From assembly GCA_951406725.2 (NCBI GenBank), contig OX597832.1:37944001-38008000 (forward strand): a DNA stretch of 64,000 nt, written 5' to 3'. The notes under the pieces are model-generated. The model was not told the DNA's origin. It saw only the letters and a list, made by a program, of their open reading frames with translations, and ran no database searches. The position numbers and the translations under genes were made by a program. Source of the stretch: Octopus vulgaris (Eukaryota). Positions 60,743 to 64,000 of the stretch are shown piece after piece (the first letter of the stretch is position 1; every line of letters begins with the position of its first letter).

Positions 60743-60954
60743 ATACCCAATGCTTTTTTGTTCAGTTCATATATTTTATTACAGAGCAAGATTTCACATG
60801 GACTTCGAATTTTCGACTTGATCGATGTTATTTGATGACGGCGAAAAAGCCAAAACTTCGAAATCCCGATCAACCTTTCGTTACACGCACACACACACAC
60901 GCACACAGAATGCATGCATACACCACTGACGACATACATACACAACAACACACA

Positions 60955-61002
<48 letters not shown>

Positions 61003-61723
61003 TACAGATATGTTTATATAGATGTCTATAGCACATATAAACACGCGCACATGCAAGCCGACGCATACACACTAATATACACATGTATGTGTATATATTA
61101 ACTTCTTACGAAAGGCTATCATCCACCAAACGCGCTTACATATACACTCACACACAAACACATTCACATTCATGCACACACACACACACACAGACATATA
61201 AGCAGCTAATTACAAGCAAAGCTTATTTTTCCTGCGTCGAGGCCCGGGTGCAGAAGTGTGCAAGGTGTGGTCGTGCATGTCGTTGGAAGAGGGTTAATTA
61301 TTGATGTTACCTATACCCTGAGGACACAGGTACGGGTTAAGATGGCGAGGGGTCGATGAAGTTAAATCCTGGCGCTGATAAGGAAGCGGAAGTAGGTGGA
61401 GTGTAAGGACGAAAGCTAAATATATCCCTGTTTGCATGTAAATGTTATGTATATGTATGTATGTGTGCAGACTTTACTCATGCACACTATTAGGCTAGAC
61501 ACACGCATACACACACGCACGCACGTGTGTGTATGTATATATGAATGTATATGTATACATGCATACATACACATATTTATGTGTACACACACAGAAGCGT
61601 GCGTTGAATCGTTTGCGTATGTGTATAGGAGAATAATTATGTATATATATTTAATGAATTAAGATCTCAAATGATGTAAACAACGATATCAAATAATTTA
61701 TATATATATATATGTATATGTAA

Positions 61724-61842
<119 letters not shown>

Positions 61843-61849
61843 CACATAC

Positions 61850-61895
<46 letters not shown>

Positions 61896-62355
61896 AGATA
61901 TATATATATATCAGTATGCATGTAGTTTTTTATGTGTGTGTGTATGCATCTGTGCGTATACTGGCGACGTTCCGGTTATAGGACTCTCCCAGTTTTTATA
62001 TATTCGTAAATATATCCTAAAATTAAGTAAAGTAAATTTAGACCGCGCCGTTGTTGCGAATTTCACTTCCATATTTCAGCGATACACTCACGTGTGTTTA
62101 TATCTGTGGGTTTATTTATGCTTCCGTTTTTTTTTTCTCCCTGATTGCAATTATGGGAGAGCTGTAATGCTGGAGCACCACTGTCAGAGATTAAACAATT
62201 CTATTGACCGCAGTAGTTATTTCAGTCTGAAAAGTATATAATTAAGGATGGGTTAGTCGAAACGCTAAGTTAAGGGGGATATGAAAAAAACAAAAACGCT
62301 AACGTAAACGTCACCGGTTTTCAGATTATAAGAATAAACGGGAGCATATACATGG

Positions 62356-62403
<48 letters not shown>

Positions 62404-62422
62404 AACGTGTGTATATAGTGTT

Positions 62423-62479
<57 letters not shown>

Positions 62480-62482
<3 letters not shown>

Positions 62483-62663
62483 TTATCGCTAGCCACTAAA
62501 CCCTTTTTATTTTCTCTATTTATTTCTGTGTCCCTTTCTGTGGAAGAGCGTAGGTTCGAAACGTTAAAGACTTTTTCACTTCCCGAGCGTTATACTAATA
62601 CATTTGTATGTTGTCTACACCACCTGTCTTCATCTTTTGTTTTTTTTTTTTTGTGAATTCTCT

Positions 62664-62667
<4 letters not shown>
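62480..62667 (+). mobile_element. PLE pLTR remnant with hammerhead-like motif at 62534-62569
   Basis: CTTT-CTGTGGA-A-GAGC(GTAG)GTTC-GAAAC-GTT-AAAG; similar to 63660-63843; sits between (TA)n runs. Confidence 0.7.
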
Positions 62668-62703
<36 letters not shown>

Positions 62704-63169
62704 GTGTTCGGTTTGTCCTTACACAGAGGCCATCCGGATTCCCGTTTGCGCCGTGAACAGGAATTAATCTTCTCTCTTCGCTCTTATACGCCATTTGGTC
62801 TCAACTCCCCCCCCCTCCTCATCTAACCCCCCTCTCCCTCCCTCCTCACCTACCTTCCCCCGACCCCTACTTCTTCAGTCCTTCATCCTTTCACCCCTAC
62901 TCCCCTTCCCTTCTTCCCTCTTTCTCCCTCCCTCTTTCCCTCTTCCCCTTCCCTCTGTTCCCTCACTCCCCTTCTCTTTCCCCCTCTCTCTCCCCCTCTC
63001 CCTCTTTCCTCCTTCCTCCTCCCCTCCTCCTCCCCTTCCTTCTCCCCTCCCCTCTCCCCCTCTCTCCCCCTCTCTCCCCTCCTCTCCTCCCCTCATCTCC
63101 CCCTCCCCTCTTCTCCTCTCTCCACACTACACCACACGACTTTACACATCACATCATATATGATGTGCC

Positions 63170-63535
63170 ATACTAATACATACACCAACTAATACATACT
63201 AATACATACTAATACATACTAATACATACACCAACCCTATACATACACACGTCCAGACCTCTCATACGCACTAATACTCTCTCATACACACACACACCCT
63301 TATACAAACTAATACGTACTAATACATACTAATACATACTAATACATACACCAACCCTATACATACACACGTCCAGACCTCTCATACGCACTAATACTCT
63401 CTCATACACACACACACAAACCCTTATACATACTAATACATACTAATACATACACCAACCCTATACATACACACGTCCAGACCTTCATACGCCCTAATAC
63501 TCTCTCATACACACACCCACCCACACACCCTTATG
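63170..63535. repeat. Composite minisatellite (3 units of ~105-120 bp containing (ACTAATACAT)n) inside the PLE 3'UTR
   Basis: CACCAACCCTATACATACACACGTCCAGACC repeated at ~63229, 63349 and 63453. Confidence 0.85.
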
Positions 63536-63707
63536 TTGGAGCTGGTCACTCAACCCTATTATCAACCCTATTATCTCCCCTAATTTAGCTCTCGAGTCTC
63601 ATGTTTGATCTTTGACTTCTGGCCGAAATCAGATCGCCATGTTGGTTCGTTAGTTACTGCACGCATTTTTTTCTCTCCTTCTTTCTGTGTTTTTTTCTCT
63701 CTGTGTA

Positions 63708-63745
63708 TCTTTCTGTTGAAGAGCGTTGGCTCGAAACGTTAAAGA
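63708..63745 (+). ncRNA. Minimal type-I hammerhead ribozyme-like motif (variant core CUGUUGA)
   Basis: TCTTT-CTGTTGA-A-GAGC(GTTG)GCTC-GAAAC-GTT-AAAGA: stem I TCTTT/AAAGA, stem II GAGC/GCTC, palindromic AACGTT as stem III. Confidence 0.7.
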
Positions 63746-63842
63746 CTTGTTTTATTTATATTTCCTGAGCACCATACTAATACAATTGTTTGTTTGTTTT
63801 CCACCTGCCTTCGTCTTTTGTCTATTTTCATAAAGCTTCCCG

Positions 63843-63896
<54 letters not shown>

Positions 63897-63914
63897 ACAT
63901 ATATATATATATAC

Positions 63915-64000
63915 TCAATCCAAAGAAGACCAAGCAAGAAAAAACAACAATGCGAGGACGTGGTACAAGTACAGTGTTACTGGACGCTTAGGAAAGGAAA
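63915..64000 (-). mobile_element. PLE pLTR remnant related to 47660-47744, runs off window
   Basis: Reverse complement resembles tttcctgagcgtccaataatac...ccacgtcctcgcgttgttg...ttggatt. Confidence 0.6.

Larger units (their letters stand above)
62701..63843 (+). mobile_element. 5'-truncated Penelope-like retroelement: GIY-YIG C-terminus, 3'UTR and pLTR with hammerhead motif
   Basis: 62701-62826 translates SVFGLSLHRGHPDSRLRREQELIFSLRSYTPFGLN, matching the PLE GIY-YIG end motif RxxRExxLIxxLxxxxPxGLN. It is followed by a CT-rich tract, tandem repeats and a pLTR, and is flanked on both sides by (TA)n. Confidence 0.8.

Noticed and set aside
63170-63535. Repeat-spacer pattern suggesting a CRISPR-like array
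   Set aside because: The spacers are themselves repeated; it is a eukaryotic minisatellite with no cas genes.

Overview
AT-rich, microsatellite-saturated animal DNA. The SINE families and (TA)n/(CA)n density look like octopus or another coleoid cephalopod; this is inferred from repeat style, not from a database. The only convincing host gene is a Zic/odd-paired C2H2 transcription factor on the minus strand. Its large first coding exon (39291->38238) carries the ZOC motif, ZF-NC and zinc fingers 1-3. It ends at the conserved phase-1 intron (HTG|GT), and I could not find exon 2 in the remaining 38 kb. The rest is repeats: two abundant tRNA-derived SINE families, L1/Tx1-like LINE relics, a small Tc1/pogo-type MITE, and many Penelope-like element (PLE) remnants embedded in (TA)n. 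The most interesting hidden signal is a dispersed set of minimal type-I hammerhead-ribozyme-like motifs with non-canonical cores (CUGUNGA, CCGANGA) and palindromic stem III. One is directly attached to a GIY-YIG C-terminus, and some occur as head-to-head inverted pairs inside the presumed Zic intron. Long near-perfect hairpins also lie in that intron. Nearly all other ORFs in the track are microsatellite artefacts.
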